DNA of 64,000 nucleotides from an uncultured bacterium (GTDB lineage Bacteria; Planctomycetota; UBA1135; GCA-002686595), in assembly GCA_943787795.1 (NCBI GenBank), contig CALSNU010000003.1:224001-288000 (forward strand), in the 5' to 3' direction. Below, in pieces: positions 48,600 to 57,709 of this stretch (its first letter is position 1; each line of letters begins with the position of its first letter). The notes beneath the pieces were generated by a model. It was given only the letters and a program-made list of their open reading frames with translations. It searched no databases and was not told the origin of the DNA. The position numbers were made by a program, and so were the translations under genes.

Positions 48600-49939
48600 T
48601 GAAGGTACTGGTTCTTGGCTGGGAGTATCCCCCGGCCGTGGCGGGCGGACTGGGGGCGGCGTGCCACGGGCTCACCACCGCCCTCGCCGATCGCGGTCAC
48701 GAGGTGATCCTGTGCACGCCCGCGGACGGCGCTCCGGCAGACCCGGCGCCGTACCCCGGGATCGAGCGCGTGTCCCTCGGCGGTGACGCCTCGTTCTCCC
48801 CGTTTCACCCCGGGGCCGTGCTGGACCCTTATGCCGTGGATACGGCTCCCGGCTCGGCCAGCGCATCGGGGTCGCTCGTGCCACCCGTATCCTCTGGGGC
48901 GGCTGTCGCGGGGGCCGCGTCGGTGGAGGCTGGCTCAACGGGGCTCGGTTCATCCCGCCCTGACTCCCACGCGCAGAGCGCCCGCAAGCTGTACGGCGAG
49001 GACCTCTCGACGGCGATCCAGCGCTACTCCCGTGAGGCGGTGACCCGCCTCAAGGGTCGAGACTTCGACGTGGTCCATGCCCACGACTGGATGACGTTCC
49101 CCGCGGCGCTCCGCCTGCGCTTCGCGCGCCGACGACCCGTGTGCCTCCACGTGCACTCCACGGCGATCGACCGGGGCGGGGTATCCGCGCCGGGGCCGGT
49201 GGGGTCCATCAGCGCGGTGGAGCGCGCCGGGCTCCGCACGGCGGATCGGGTCTGCGCGGTCAGCGGCTTCACCAGGGATCTCCTTGTGCGTGAATATCGC
49301 CTCGACCCCGAGCGGGTCAGCGTCGTGCATAACGCGGCGCCTTCCGGCGTGGATTCGTCTCCCGAGAGGGTGGTCGGGCCGGAGGGCCCCACGGTCCTCT
49401 TCGTCGGGCGCTTGACCCGCCAGAAGGGCGTCGGCTTCCTGGTCCGAGCGGCGGCCCGGGTCCTGGAGTCCTGCCCGGCGGCGCGCTTTGTGTTCATGGG
49501 GGAGGGGGAGGATCGGACGCGGATGATCGAGATGGCTGCGGCCCTCGGGATCGGCCGGAGGGTCTTCTTTGCCGGTGGCGTGACCTCGGAGCTGCGCGAC
49601 CGCGCCTACGCCGAGGCCAGCGTCTTCGTGCTCTCCTCGGTCTCGGAGCCCTTCGGCCTGACGCCGCTTGAGGCCCTGCGCGGTGGCGCCGCTCCCGTCC
49701 TCACCGACGCCTGTGGCGTCCGCGAGGTCTTGCCCTCCGCCCCCGTGTGTCCCCCCTGGGATGCTGCCGGCCTGTCGGCCCAGATCGTCACCTTGCTCAC
49801 CGACGAGGCCCGACGCCTCGCGGTCGTTGAACAGGGCCGAGCAGAGCTCGAGCGCCTGACCTGGGCCGAGAGTGCCCGCCACCTAGAGGCTGCCCTGGAG
49901 AAGGCGCGGTCCACCTCCGGGAGGAGGACCACCGGATGA
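48596..49939 (+). CDS. GT4 glycosyltransferase
   Basis: LGWEYPPAVAGGLG, HAHDWMT, HVHST, FVGRLTRQKG, SVSEPFGLTPLEA. Confidence 0.92.
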   Translation: MMKVLVLGWEYPPAVAGGLGAACHGLTTALADRGHEVILCTPADGAPADPAPYPGIERVSLGGDASFSPFHPGAVLDPYAVDTAPGSASASGSLVPPVSSGAAVAGAASVEAGSTGLGSSRPDSHAQSARKLYGEDLSTAIQRYSREAVTRLKGRDFDVVHAHDWMTFPAALRLRFARRRPVCLHVHSTAIDRGGVSAPGPVGSISAVERAGLRTADRVCAVSGFTRDLLVREYRLDPERVSVVHNAAPSGVDSSPERVVGPEGPTVLFVGRLTRQKGVGFLVRAAARVLESCPAARFVFMGEGEDRTRMIEMAAALGIGRRVFFAGGVTSELRDRAYAEASVFVLSSVSEPFGLTPLEALRGGAAPVLTDACGVREVLPSAPVCPPWDAAGLSAQIVTLLTDEARRLAVVEQGRAELERLTWAESARHLEAALEKARSTSGRRTTG

Positions 49940-51120
49940 CCTCGATCGTCTACTACTTCCAGGTCCATCAGCCCTACCGGGTGAAGCCCTTTCCCTACGA
50001 CGCGATCGGCGCCCGGTCCGACTACTGGGATGACTGGCTCAACGAGGACGTGGCCAAGCGCGTGGCAGAGAAGTGCTACCTGCCCATGAACCGCCAGCTC
50101 CTGCGGGCGGTGGAGCGCTCGGATGGCGCCTTTCGGTGCAGCTTCTCGGTCTCGGGTACCGCCATTCGTCAGCTCGCCGCCTGGGCGCCTGAGGCCCTCG
50201 AGAGCTTTCGCGACCTCGCGGAGAGCGGTTCGGTGGAGTTCATGTGCGAGACCTCCCGGCACAGCCTCGCTGCGCTCGTGGACCCAGAGGAGTTCAAGGC
50301 TCAGGTCGCAGAGCAGCGCGCGCTGCTGAAGGAGCACCTCGGCGTCGAGCCCACGGCCTTCCGCAACACCGAGCTGATCACGGACGCGAGCGTCGCTCAG
50401 CAGGTGAAGGACCTGGGCTTCGAGGTGCTGCTCGCCGAGGGTGCCGATCAGCTCCTCCACGGCCGGACGGCCCAGGCCCTGTACGGCATGGCGGGGGCAG
50501 GCGGCTTCCCCCTGATCCTCCGGGACTTCCAGCTCTCCGACGACATCGGGTTCCGCTTCAGCAACCAGGGCTGGGAGGGGTATCCCCTGCTCGCGCCCAC
50601 CTTCAACGGGTGGCTCGAGTCCCTCCCTGACGAGCGTCCGTTCGTCGGGCTCTTCATGGACTACGAGACCTTCGGCGAGCACCAGTCGCGGGATACCGGG
50701 ATCTTCGACTTCATGGACACCATGGTCGACCTCGCCGTGGCCTCGGACAAGCTGGACTTCGCGACCCCGACGGAGATCGCCCGGCGAGATCCAATCGTGG
50801 AGGACCTGGACTATCCACGCCCGATCTCCTGGGCGGACGAGGAGCGGGACGTCTCGGCCTGGCTTGGCAATCACATGCAGCGCGCGGCGCACGAGGCCAT
50901 CTACAAGCTCGGCCCCGCGGCGCGAGCCTCGGGGGATGCGGACCTGCTGAACACGTGGCGGGACTTCACCACCTCGGATCACGTGTACTACATGTCGACG
51001 AAGTGTGAGACTGACGGCGACGTGCACGAGTACTTCAGCCCCTACGACAGCCCGCACGATGCTTACCTCAACGTGATGAACGCGCTCGAGGACCTGCGGC
51101 GGCGGCTCGGCGCGGACTGA
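49936..51120 (+). CDS. Glycoside hydrolase family 57 (alpha-amylase-like)
   Basis: HQPYR, FRNTEL (nucleophile Glu), SDDIGFRFS, MDYETFGEH (acid/base Asp), TSDHVYYM. Confidence 0.93.
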   Translation: MTSIVYYFQVHQPYRVKPFPYDAIGARSDYWDDWLNEDVAKRVAEKCYLPMNRQLLRAVERSDGAFRCSFSVSGTAIRQLAAWAPEALESFRDLAESGSVEFMCETSRHSLAALVDPEEFKAQVAEQRALLKEHLGVEPTAFRNTELITDASVAQQVKDLGFEVLLAEGADQLLHGRTAQALYGMAGAGGFPLILRDFQLSDDIGFRFSNQGWEGYPLLAPTFNGWLESLPDERPFVGLFMDYETFGEHQSRDTGIFDFMDTMVDLAVASDKLDFATPTEIARRDPIVEDLDYPRPISWADEERDVSAWLGNHMQRAAHEAIYKLGPAARASGDADLLNTWRDFTTSDHVYYMSTKCETDGDVHEYFSPYDSPHDAYLNVMNALEDLRRRLGAD

Positions 51121-51299
51121 TCCGCGAGGCCCTCGAGCTCCGGCGGGCTTCAGGGCCCGTGCCGATGCATCGCAGGCGGCCCGGCCCCAGGGGCTCCGGC
51201 CATAGGCTCCTCGACCCCAGGCCCCTCTGGTTCTTTGGGGCCCCCGGGATCCCGGTGCCGCCAGGGTCCATCGTCAGCGTGGTGTCCTAGAATCCCGGC

Positions 51300-53090
51300 A
51301 TGCTGTCGGCGCTCCTTCTCTCTCTCGCGGGTCTTTGCTCCCAGGAGCCGAGCCTGCCGGGGCCTGACCCACTGGACGGGGCGGAGGCGATCTCCAACTC
51401 GGTGACCCGGCTGGCCCGAGAGCTCGATAGGGCTTACCTGGCCACCGGAGATCCCCTCGGGGGCGACGTCGGTGAGGCGTGGATCGACGCGGACGCGCGG
51501 GCCGTGGTTGTGGGGGACTCCGCCAAGGGAAGCTCCGCCAAGGGGGACCCGACCGAGGAAGACGGGCGCGCCAAGTCGACCTGGTCCACCGCCACTGCGC
51601 CGCGTCCGATCTCGGTCGCGCGGGCCCTCGACGTCGCCCTCGTGCTCGACGCGTCCACGGGCCCGGAGGACGCGGCCGAGGATGTCCGCGCCGCCTTCAG
51701 CGCGGTGACCGAGGCCCTCGGGGGCCGGCCGACGCGCGCGGCGGAGGTCAGCTCGAAGGCCGTGCTCCCGACGGGGGACGGTGGATGGGACGTTCGACTG
51801 CGCGTCCGGCACCTGCGCCAGGCCCCAGGCGGTGGGGCGGCCTCGGTGCGGTCCATCTGGAACCTGCGGGTGACCGAGGCGCCGGAAGGTCCCCTGCGCA
51901 TTCTCGGTTGGGCGGCGGCGATCACCGAGCGGGTGGCGCTGGCGGGTGAGCCCGCATCCGAACCCGCGTTCGAGGACGTGACCGGAACGCTGCTCGGCGC
52001 CACGCCGGCCACCGCCGGGCTGGCCGAGTCGATCATGGACCTGCGGGACCGCCTGGACGTGGACGTCGGGGTCGGACTCCTCGGGCACCACGGGGTGGCG
52101 GTGGCTGACGTCAACGGCGACGGGCTCGAGGACCTCTACCTCTGTCAGCCCGGCGGCGTCCCCAACCAACTGTGGCTCCGGCTCCCTGACGGAGGGTTCA
52201 TGGAGGCGGCGCGGGGTGGGGGCCTCGATCTGGTGGACGCCACGACCAGCGTGCTGTTCGTCGACCTCGACCGTGACGCCGACCTCGACGTGGTGCTCGG
52301 GTTGGCCTCGGGGGTCGTGGTCCTGGCCAGGACGGACCAGGGGTACGTGGAGGCCGAACGCTTCGAGCGCACCGGGGTCACGAGCCTCGCGGCCGCGGAC
52401 ATCAACATGGACGGCCTGCTTGATATCTACGCCTGCGCCTACGCGAACCCCTACGACGGCTCCACCTTCCCTCTGCCCTACCACGACGCGGAGAACGGCC
52501 AGGCCAATCTCCTGATCGCAAACGTGACCGAGGAGCCCGACCAGCTGATCCTCGGAGACGCGACGGTGGAGACGGGGCTGGACCGAGACGGCTCACGCTT
52601 CAGCTTCGCGGCGACCTTCGAGGACGTCGACGACGACGGAGACCCCGACCTCTACGTCGCGAACGACTTCGGGCGGAACACGCTCTACGTCAACAACGGC
52701 ACGGGCTACTTCAGGAACATGGCGCCCGAGCTCGGCGTGGAGGACGTGGCCGCGGGGATGGGGGCCGCCTTCGCGGACCTCGACCGGGACGGGCGGGTCG
52801 ACCTGTATGTGAGCAACATGGAGTCCTCGGCCGGGCGGCGGATCACGGCGCAGGGCGCGTTCCAGAGCGACGCCGACGAGGGCACGCTGTCCCTGTACCG
52901 GCGCCACGCGAAGGGCAACACGCTCTTTCTCAGGTCGCCGGAGGGCGGGTTCCTGGAGTCGGGGCTGGCGACGGCCGGTCAATGGGCCTGGGGCGGCATC
53001 CCCGTGGATCTGGACGGGAACGGGTGGCTGGACCTCTTTGTTCCCAACGGGTTCGTCTCCGCTTCCCGGCGAGGCGCCCCGGATCTCTGA
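51300..53090 (+). CDS. Secreted FG-GAP/VCBS-repeat (CRTAC1-like) protein, N-terminal part; probably continues through the UGA
   Basis: Signal peptide; repeats DVNGDGLEDLY, DLDRDADLD, DINMDGLLDIY, DVDDDGDPDLY, DLDRDGRVDLY, DLDGNGWLDLF. Confidence 0.88.
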   Translation: MLSALLLSLAGLCSQEPSLPGPDPLDGAEAISNSVTRLARELDRAYLATGDPLGGDVGEAWIDADARAVVVGDSAKGSSAKGDPTEEDGRAKSTWSTATAPRPISVARALDVALVLDASTGPEDAAEDVRAAFSAVTEALGGRPTRAAEVSSKAVLPTGDGGWDVRLRVRHLRQAPGGGAASVRSIWNLRVTEAPEGPLRILGWAAAITERVALAGEPASEPAFEDVTGTLLGATPATAGLAESIMDLRDRLDVDVGVGLLGHHGVAVADVNGDGLEDLYLCQPGGVPNQLWLRLPDGGFMEAARGGGLDLVDATTSVLFVDLDRDADLDVVLGLASGVVVLARTDQGYVEAERFERTGVTSLAAADINMDGLLDIYACAYANPYDGSTFPLPYHDAENGQANLLIANVTEEPDQLILGDATVETGLDRDGSRFSFAATFEDVDDDGDPDLYVANDFGRNTLYVNNGTGYFRNMAPELGVEDVAAGMGAAFADLDRDGRVDLYVSNMESSAGRRITAQGAFQSDADEGTLSLYRRHAKGNTLFLRSPEGGFLESGLATAGQWAWGGIPVDLDGNGWLDLFVPNGFVSASRRGAPDL

Positions 53091-53123
53091 AGCTCGTTCT
53101 GGCGGCACGTGGTGTCGCGCTCA
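53088..53123 (+). promoter_or_regulatory. Candidate bacterial SECIS element
   Basis: UGA, 11-nt spacer, then hairpin GCGGCAC-GUG-GUGUCGC (53102-53118); UGA(A)GC can pair with GCUCA at 53119-53123. Confidence 0.6.
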
Positions 53124-55004
53124 CCTCTGAATGAGAGCACGGACGGTGCTCCGGTCGGCGAGGCGGATTCCAGCGGCACCGGCACCAGCAGCGACCGCTA
53201 CTTCGAGGGCTGGGCCGACCTGAACGAACGCCTGCGCCGCGGAGAGCCGTGGAGCGGCGGCGAGCGCAACGCCGCGTTCATCAACTCCGGAAGCGCTGAC
53301 GTCGACCGCGCGGACGTCGACTTCGTGGACGCCGGCCCGGTGCTTGGGCTCGACTATCCGGACGACGGCCGCAGCGCGGCGCGCATGGACATCGACTTCG
53401 ACGGGGATGATGACCTCATCGTCTCGAACCGCACGGCGCCGCGCGTTCGGGTCCTCGCCAACCGTTTGGCTGATGGGGCGGAGCACCTCGCGGTTCGCCT
53501 GAGGGGAACCGCGTCCAACCGCGACGCGGTCGGGGGCGTGGTCTTCGCGACGACCACCAGCGTTGACGGCGAGACCGAGACGCAGCGCCGGACCCGATCC
53601 GCGGGTTCGGGCTACCTGGCACAGTCGTCCGCATGGCTCAGGTTTGGCTTCGGGCGCCGCGGCGGCGGCGCCCGACCAGCGCGCGCGCGGAGGGTCAAGC
53701 TGCAGGTGCGTTGGCCGGGCTCGCAGGCGCTGGAGGACTTCGGAGAGGTTCGGACGGGGCGGCGCTATGTGCTGGTGGAGGGCCAAGGGACGGCGAGCGA
53801 GGCCTCGGCGCCCAATCGACTCGTGCTCTCCCCGGGGCCCCTCCTTGCGGCACCGTCGGAGCTCGACGGACGCCGCCGGTTGGTCCTGCCCTCTCCTACC
53901 TCGATCCCCGGCCTGGAGTTGCGCGGGCGTGGGGGCCGCGCAGGGCGGGTCTTCGGGCTCACCCCCGACGGCCCCCTCGGGACCGGTCGGAACACGGTGG
54001 TCGCGGTCTGGGACTCGAGCGATTCAGCGGCGATCCAGGGGCTGGGCGACCTGGCCGCGCTGAGCTCTTCGGCGGCAGGCGCGGACGTCGCGCTGGTGTC
54101 CGTGGACCTCGGGGGACAGCGGGTGGAGGCCAGCTCGGTCGCGGGCGCCCCGGACCCGCTCGACTTCAGCTCCACGCGCCTGGCCGCGGCCGGCTGGGGT
54201 GGCGGCGTGTTCGCGCCGATCGGCGAGGCCGCGCTCATCGTCCCCGAGCTCGTGAGCTGGCGCCTGGACCGCGCCGATCCGCCGCCGCTGCCCTGGTTCC
54301 TGGTCTTCGAGCCGGACGGCCGTCTCGCCATCGTCCGCACCGGCGCCTGGCGGGCGGGGGACCTGGAGGCGGACCTCAACGTGTTCGCTCAGCCCCTGCT
54401 CCAGCGCCCGGCCTGGTCCACGCCCTTCCCTGGCCGATGGGCGGATCCTCCGGGCGAGGCGGACCTCGGGCGCCTGCGATCGCGATTGATCCGGCGCGGG
54501 GCCTTGGGGGCCGCGCGTGAGCTGGAGCTGGGCCGTATCAAGACCGTCTCCCTGGGCAGCGCGGAGGTGAAGATCCGGCTCGGGCGGGCGGACCTGGAGC
54601 GGGGGGATCTCGAAGGTGCGGTGGCCCGCTTCGACGCTGCCATCGAGCTTGAGCCGAGCAGCGCCCTCGCCCGGCGCGGTCGGGCCTACGCCCTCCATCG
54701 GCTCGCCCGCTATCCCGAGGCGCTCGATGAGTGGACGCGGGCCCTGGCGCTCGAGCCTCGCGACATCGCCACCCTCGGCAACCGTGCCCTCGCGGCTGTG
54801 GCGGCTGGAAACCTCGAGGTCGCGCGGGAGGATCTGAATGAACTCACCCGCCGCGAGGGGGTCGCCGCGCCCGTGGTCCGGGCCGTCTGGCAGGCCGTGG
54901 AAGACGCGTCTCAGCTGCCGAGCAGCGGCCAAGGCGCGGGCAGCGGCGACGGCGAGGACGGCGGCGACGGTCTGGACGCCCCGGGTGAAGGTGGAACCCG
55001 ATGA
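53091..55004 (+). CDS. C-terminal part: last FG-GAP repeat, ASPIC/UnbV, degenerate redoxin and TPR domains (in frame with 51300-53090)
   Basis: WSGGERN, DDGR..DIDFDGDDDL, SNRDAVG, GSGYLAQS, FGFG, VRWP; TPR helices; ORF-track GTG start at 53109 has no evident RBS. Confidence 0.85.
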   Translation, partial: SSFWRHVVSRSPLNESTDGAPVGEADSSGTGTSSDRYFEGWADLNERLRRGEPWSGGERNAAFINSGSADVDRADVDFVDAGPVLGLDYPDDGRSAARMDIDFDGDDDLIVSNRTAPRVRVLANRLADGAEHLAVRLRGTASNRDAVGGVVFATTTSVDGETETQRRTRSAGSGYLAQSSAWLRFGFGRRGGGARPARARRVKLQVRWPGSQALEDFGEVRTGRRYVLVEGQGTASEASAPNRLVLSPGPLLAAPSELDGRRRLVLPSPTSIPGLELRGRGGRAGRVFGLTPDGPLGTGRNTVVAVWDSSDSAAIQGLGDLAALSSSAAGADVALVSVDLGGQRVEASSVAGAPDPLDFSSTRLAAAGWGGGVFAPIGEAALIVPELVSWRLDRADPPPLPWFLVFEPDGRLAIVRTGAWRAGDLEADLNVFAQPLLQRPAWSTPFPGRWADPPGEADLGRLRSRLIRRGALGAARELELGRIKTVSLGSAEVKIRLGRADLERGDLEGAVARFDAAIELEPSSALARRGRAYALHRLARYPEALDEWTRALALEPRDIATLGNRALAAVAAGNLEVAREDLNELTRREGVAAPVVRAVWQAVEDASQLPSSGQGAGSGDGEDGGDGLDAPGEGGTR

Positions 55005-55513
55005 GGGCGCTGTACATCGTGCGCCATGCCGAGGCCGCCATGACGTCGGCCTCCGGGGATCACGGTCGGCCGCTCTCGCCGCGCGGTGAACTCTGCGCCC
55101 AAGCGCTTGGCGCGATGCTCGTACGGCTCGGACAGGAGCCGGGGCAGCTGCTCTGCTCTGACGCGTTGCGGGCCAGGATGACGGCGGAGGGCGCTCGCGC
55201 CGAGGGGCGCTTGGGGGCCGAGATCGAGCTCGTCCCCGACCTCTACCTTGCCTCCGCTCAGACGCTGACGGCCGCCGCGCGCAAGGCGCGGGTCGAGTCC
55301 ACCCGGCTGTTGGTGGTGGCCCATCAGCCTGGACTCTCCGAGTGGATTCATCGCCTGACCGGCGGCCCGCAGCTCGCCTTTGCTCCGGCCTCCGTGGCGC
55401 GGGTGGACGTGGACCTCTCCTCATGGGCGGACCTCTCGCCTGGGACGGGGACCCTCCGCTGGGTGGTGGGGCCCGGCCAGGCGGCCGCCTTTCGTGAGCT
55501 CGCCGAGGGTTGA
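55001..55513 (+). CDS. sixA: Phosphohistidine phosphatase SixA
   Basis: IVRHAEA, DHGRPLSPRG, SDALRARMT, VAHQPG; ATGA overlap. Confidence 0.85.
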   Translation: MRALYIVRHAEAAMTSASGDHGRPLSPRGELCAQALGAMLVRLGQEPGQLLCSDALRARMTAEGARAEGRLGAEIELVPDLYLASAQTLTAAARKARVESTRLLVVAHQPGLSEWIHRLTGGPQLAFAPASVARVDVDLSSWADLSPGTGTLRWVVGPGQAAAFRELAEG

Positions 55514-55592
55514 ACCCGAAGGGTGGAATCCGTCGAGCTGGGCCCGCTGAGCGGAACCCGCGGAGCTGATTCCTCTGAGTGTTCCCTGGGCT

Positions 55593-55648
55593 GAATCCTC
55601 TGGGCCGAATCCTCTGGGCCGAATCCTCTAGGCCGAATCCTCTAGGCC
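55593..55648. repeat. 14-bp tandem repeat x4 (GAATCCTCTRGGCC)
   Basis: Units start at 55593, 55607, 55621 and 55635. Confidence 0.92.
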
Positions 55649-55761
55649 GGCCATGGCCCCCTCCAGGGGGCGGGGCCCAGGGCGAGAGCCGACGTTTTGG
55701 TGGAAGGCGGGGGGCTCGTTTCCGAACAGGTCCTGGGGCGCTTACTCTCCCCGGCGGATCC

Positions 55762-57709
55762 ATGCCTGAAGCTTCACGCCCCCAGCCTCCGATTTCCCTC
55801 ACGCAGCGTCCCCTCACGCAGCGTCCCCTCACGCAGCGCCTCCGTGACCTTCATGGAGCGCTGGGCGAACTCGTGGCGCCCGGTGGCCCGGGGGGAGAGG
55901 CCGTGGCTGCCGTACGCTCGCGCCTGGAGCGAGATCTGCTCCCCAGGACGGCCGGTGGGCATGAGCACCTGGTGGTGGGGATCGTCGGACCCAACAACGC
56001 GGGCAAGTCCTCGCTCTTCAACGCGCTGGTGGCCGGCGAGGGCGCGGCGCCCAGGGTCCTGAGTCCAGCCGAGCCGACGGGCGGGGCGACGCGCCGGCTG
56101 GTGGGGGCGCTCTCGCCAGCGCTGCGCGCGGCCCTCGAGGCCGAGCCCACCATGCGGCGATTCGATCTCCGTCCGGTGACCTGCGGGGCCGGCGGCGTGG
56201 AAGAGGCCAGGGAGTCCGCCGAACCCGGTGCCGAGGCGGCGCTGTTCCTCGTGGAGTCGGACGTGCTCCCGGACGGCCTGCTGCTCGTGGACACCCCCGA
56301 CTTCGACAGCGTGCTCCGGGAGAACCGTGCCGTGACCGACGCCCTGCTCGAGGTGGCAGACGTCGCGGTGGTTGTGGTGACCCGGCACACCTATCAGAAC
56401 CACGACGTCATCGAGTTTCTATCGGGCTGGCTCGAGCACGGCCGGCCCTGGGTGCTCGTCTACAACGAGTCCATCGACGACGCGACCACCGCAGCCCACG
56501 CCCGCAAGGTCGAGGAGGATCTGGCACAGGCGGCCGAGGCGATCTTCGCCGCCGCGTTCGATCCTGGGGTCGCGCGGGGGGAGGCGCCGCTGGAGCCGCG
56601 CGACCTGCGAGACCCGGGCGTCTCCCTCGCGGGCTGGTTGCGCGCGCTGGGGGACCGCGGCGATCTCAAGGCGCGAGCCATGGAGGCGTCACTGGCCGCC
56701 CTCAGGGAGGGCCTCGGGGAGCTGGGCCTCGAGTGTCGCCGGGCCATCGGCGCCGTGGCGCAGGCGAGAGGCTCGCTGCTGGAGTCGGCGACCCCGCTCG
56801 GTCGCGCGGTGGCGAGGGAGGCGATGCCCATGGGCCCGTTCCTGGAGGCCTTCCGTGATGTGCTGGATGAGCGGCCGACGCTCGTCCAACGAGAGCTGCG
56901 TCGAGGGCTACGGTGGACCGGCGATCAGCTCGCTGGCGGGCTGCGCTGGGCCAGGCGGCAGCTGACCGGCGGCGCGCAGGGGCCGTCGGCCGACGACATC
57001 GCCGAGCGGACCCTCCTCGAGGTGGAGCGCGTGGAGCTCGAGCGCCGTTGGGCTGGATTCTTCGAGCCCGCCCAGCGCCGCCTGCGCGAGCTCGCGCGCG
57101 ACGGCGGCCTGCCACCCCCGGGCGGTCGAGGCGCTCGAGGTCGAGCTTGGCGCGGCGCCGGGGCGAGGCTCCGGGGCCGGAGCGGTTTCCCCGGCCCGCG
57201 CCTCATTTGACCGGGCGGCCGCTGCGCTGGCCCTCGACCCTGGCCTGCTCGAGGAGCACCGAGCAGCGTGCCGTGAGATCATTCGAGAGGAGTTGGACCG
57301 TCAGGGCTCCGAGGCCTTCCTGCAGCTCGCGGTCGACGTGGTGCACCTGCTGCCGCTGGGCGTGGCCGGCGCGCTCATCGTGCACACCGGCGGCCTGGGG
57401 AGCGACGTGGCCGTGGCCGGCGGGGGTGCGGCAGCGGCGGCCCTGGCGGAGCGCCTCTCCCGGACCCTGGGCACCGGGGTGGCCTTGGCCGCCCGCTCGC
57501 GTTGGACGGAACTGCGCGCGGCCCGAATCGCCGAGGCGGCGCTGGCTGGCCTCTTGGGGCCAGCGGCGGGCGTCTTCAAGAACGTCGAGGCCGAGGCGGC
57601 CGAGTTGCGCTCCACCTGCGACGAGTGGGCGGCGCCCGCGGCGTGGAGCTGGGACCTGAACGACCCGGCTGCCCAGGCGGCGGCGCGCGGCGAGGAGTCA
57701 CCGATATGA
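55762..57709 (+). pseudogene. Dynamin-like GTPase 1, interrupted by a +1 frameshift near 57115-57122 (real or sequence error)
   Basis: GPNNAGKS, PTGGAT, DTPD, VYNE; protein-like sequence continues in the +1 frame (AVEALEVEL...HTGGLGSD) to TGA 57709, which overlaps the next ATG. Confidence 0.75.
55796..55840 (+). repeat. In-frame 15-bp repeat x3 encoding LTQRP
   Basis: CCCTCACGCAGCGTC x3 in the GTPase N-terminus. Confidence 0.88.

Noticed and set aside
57293..57709. Independent 138-aa gene
   Set aside because: Coding-like frame extends upstream to ~57122; better explained as the frameshifted C-terminus of GTPase 1
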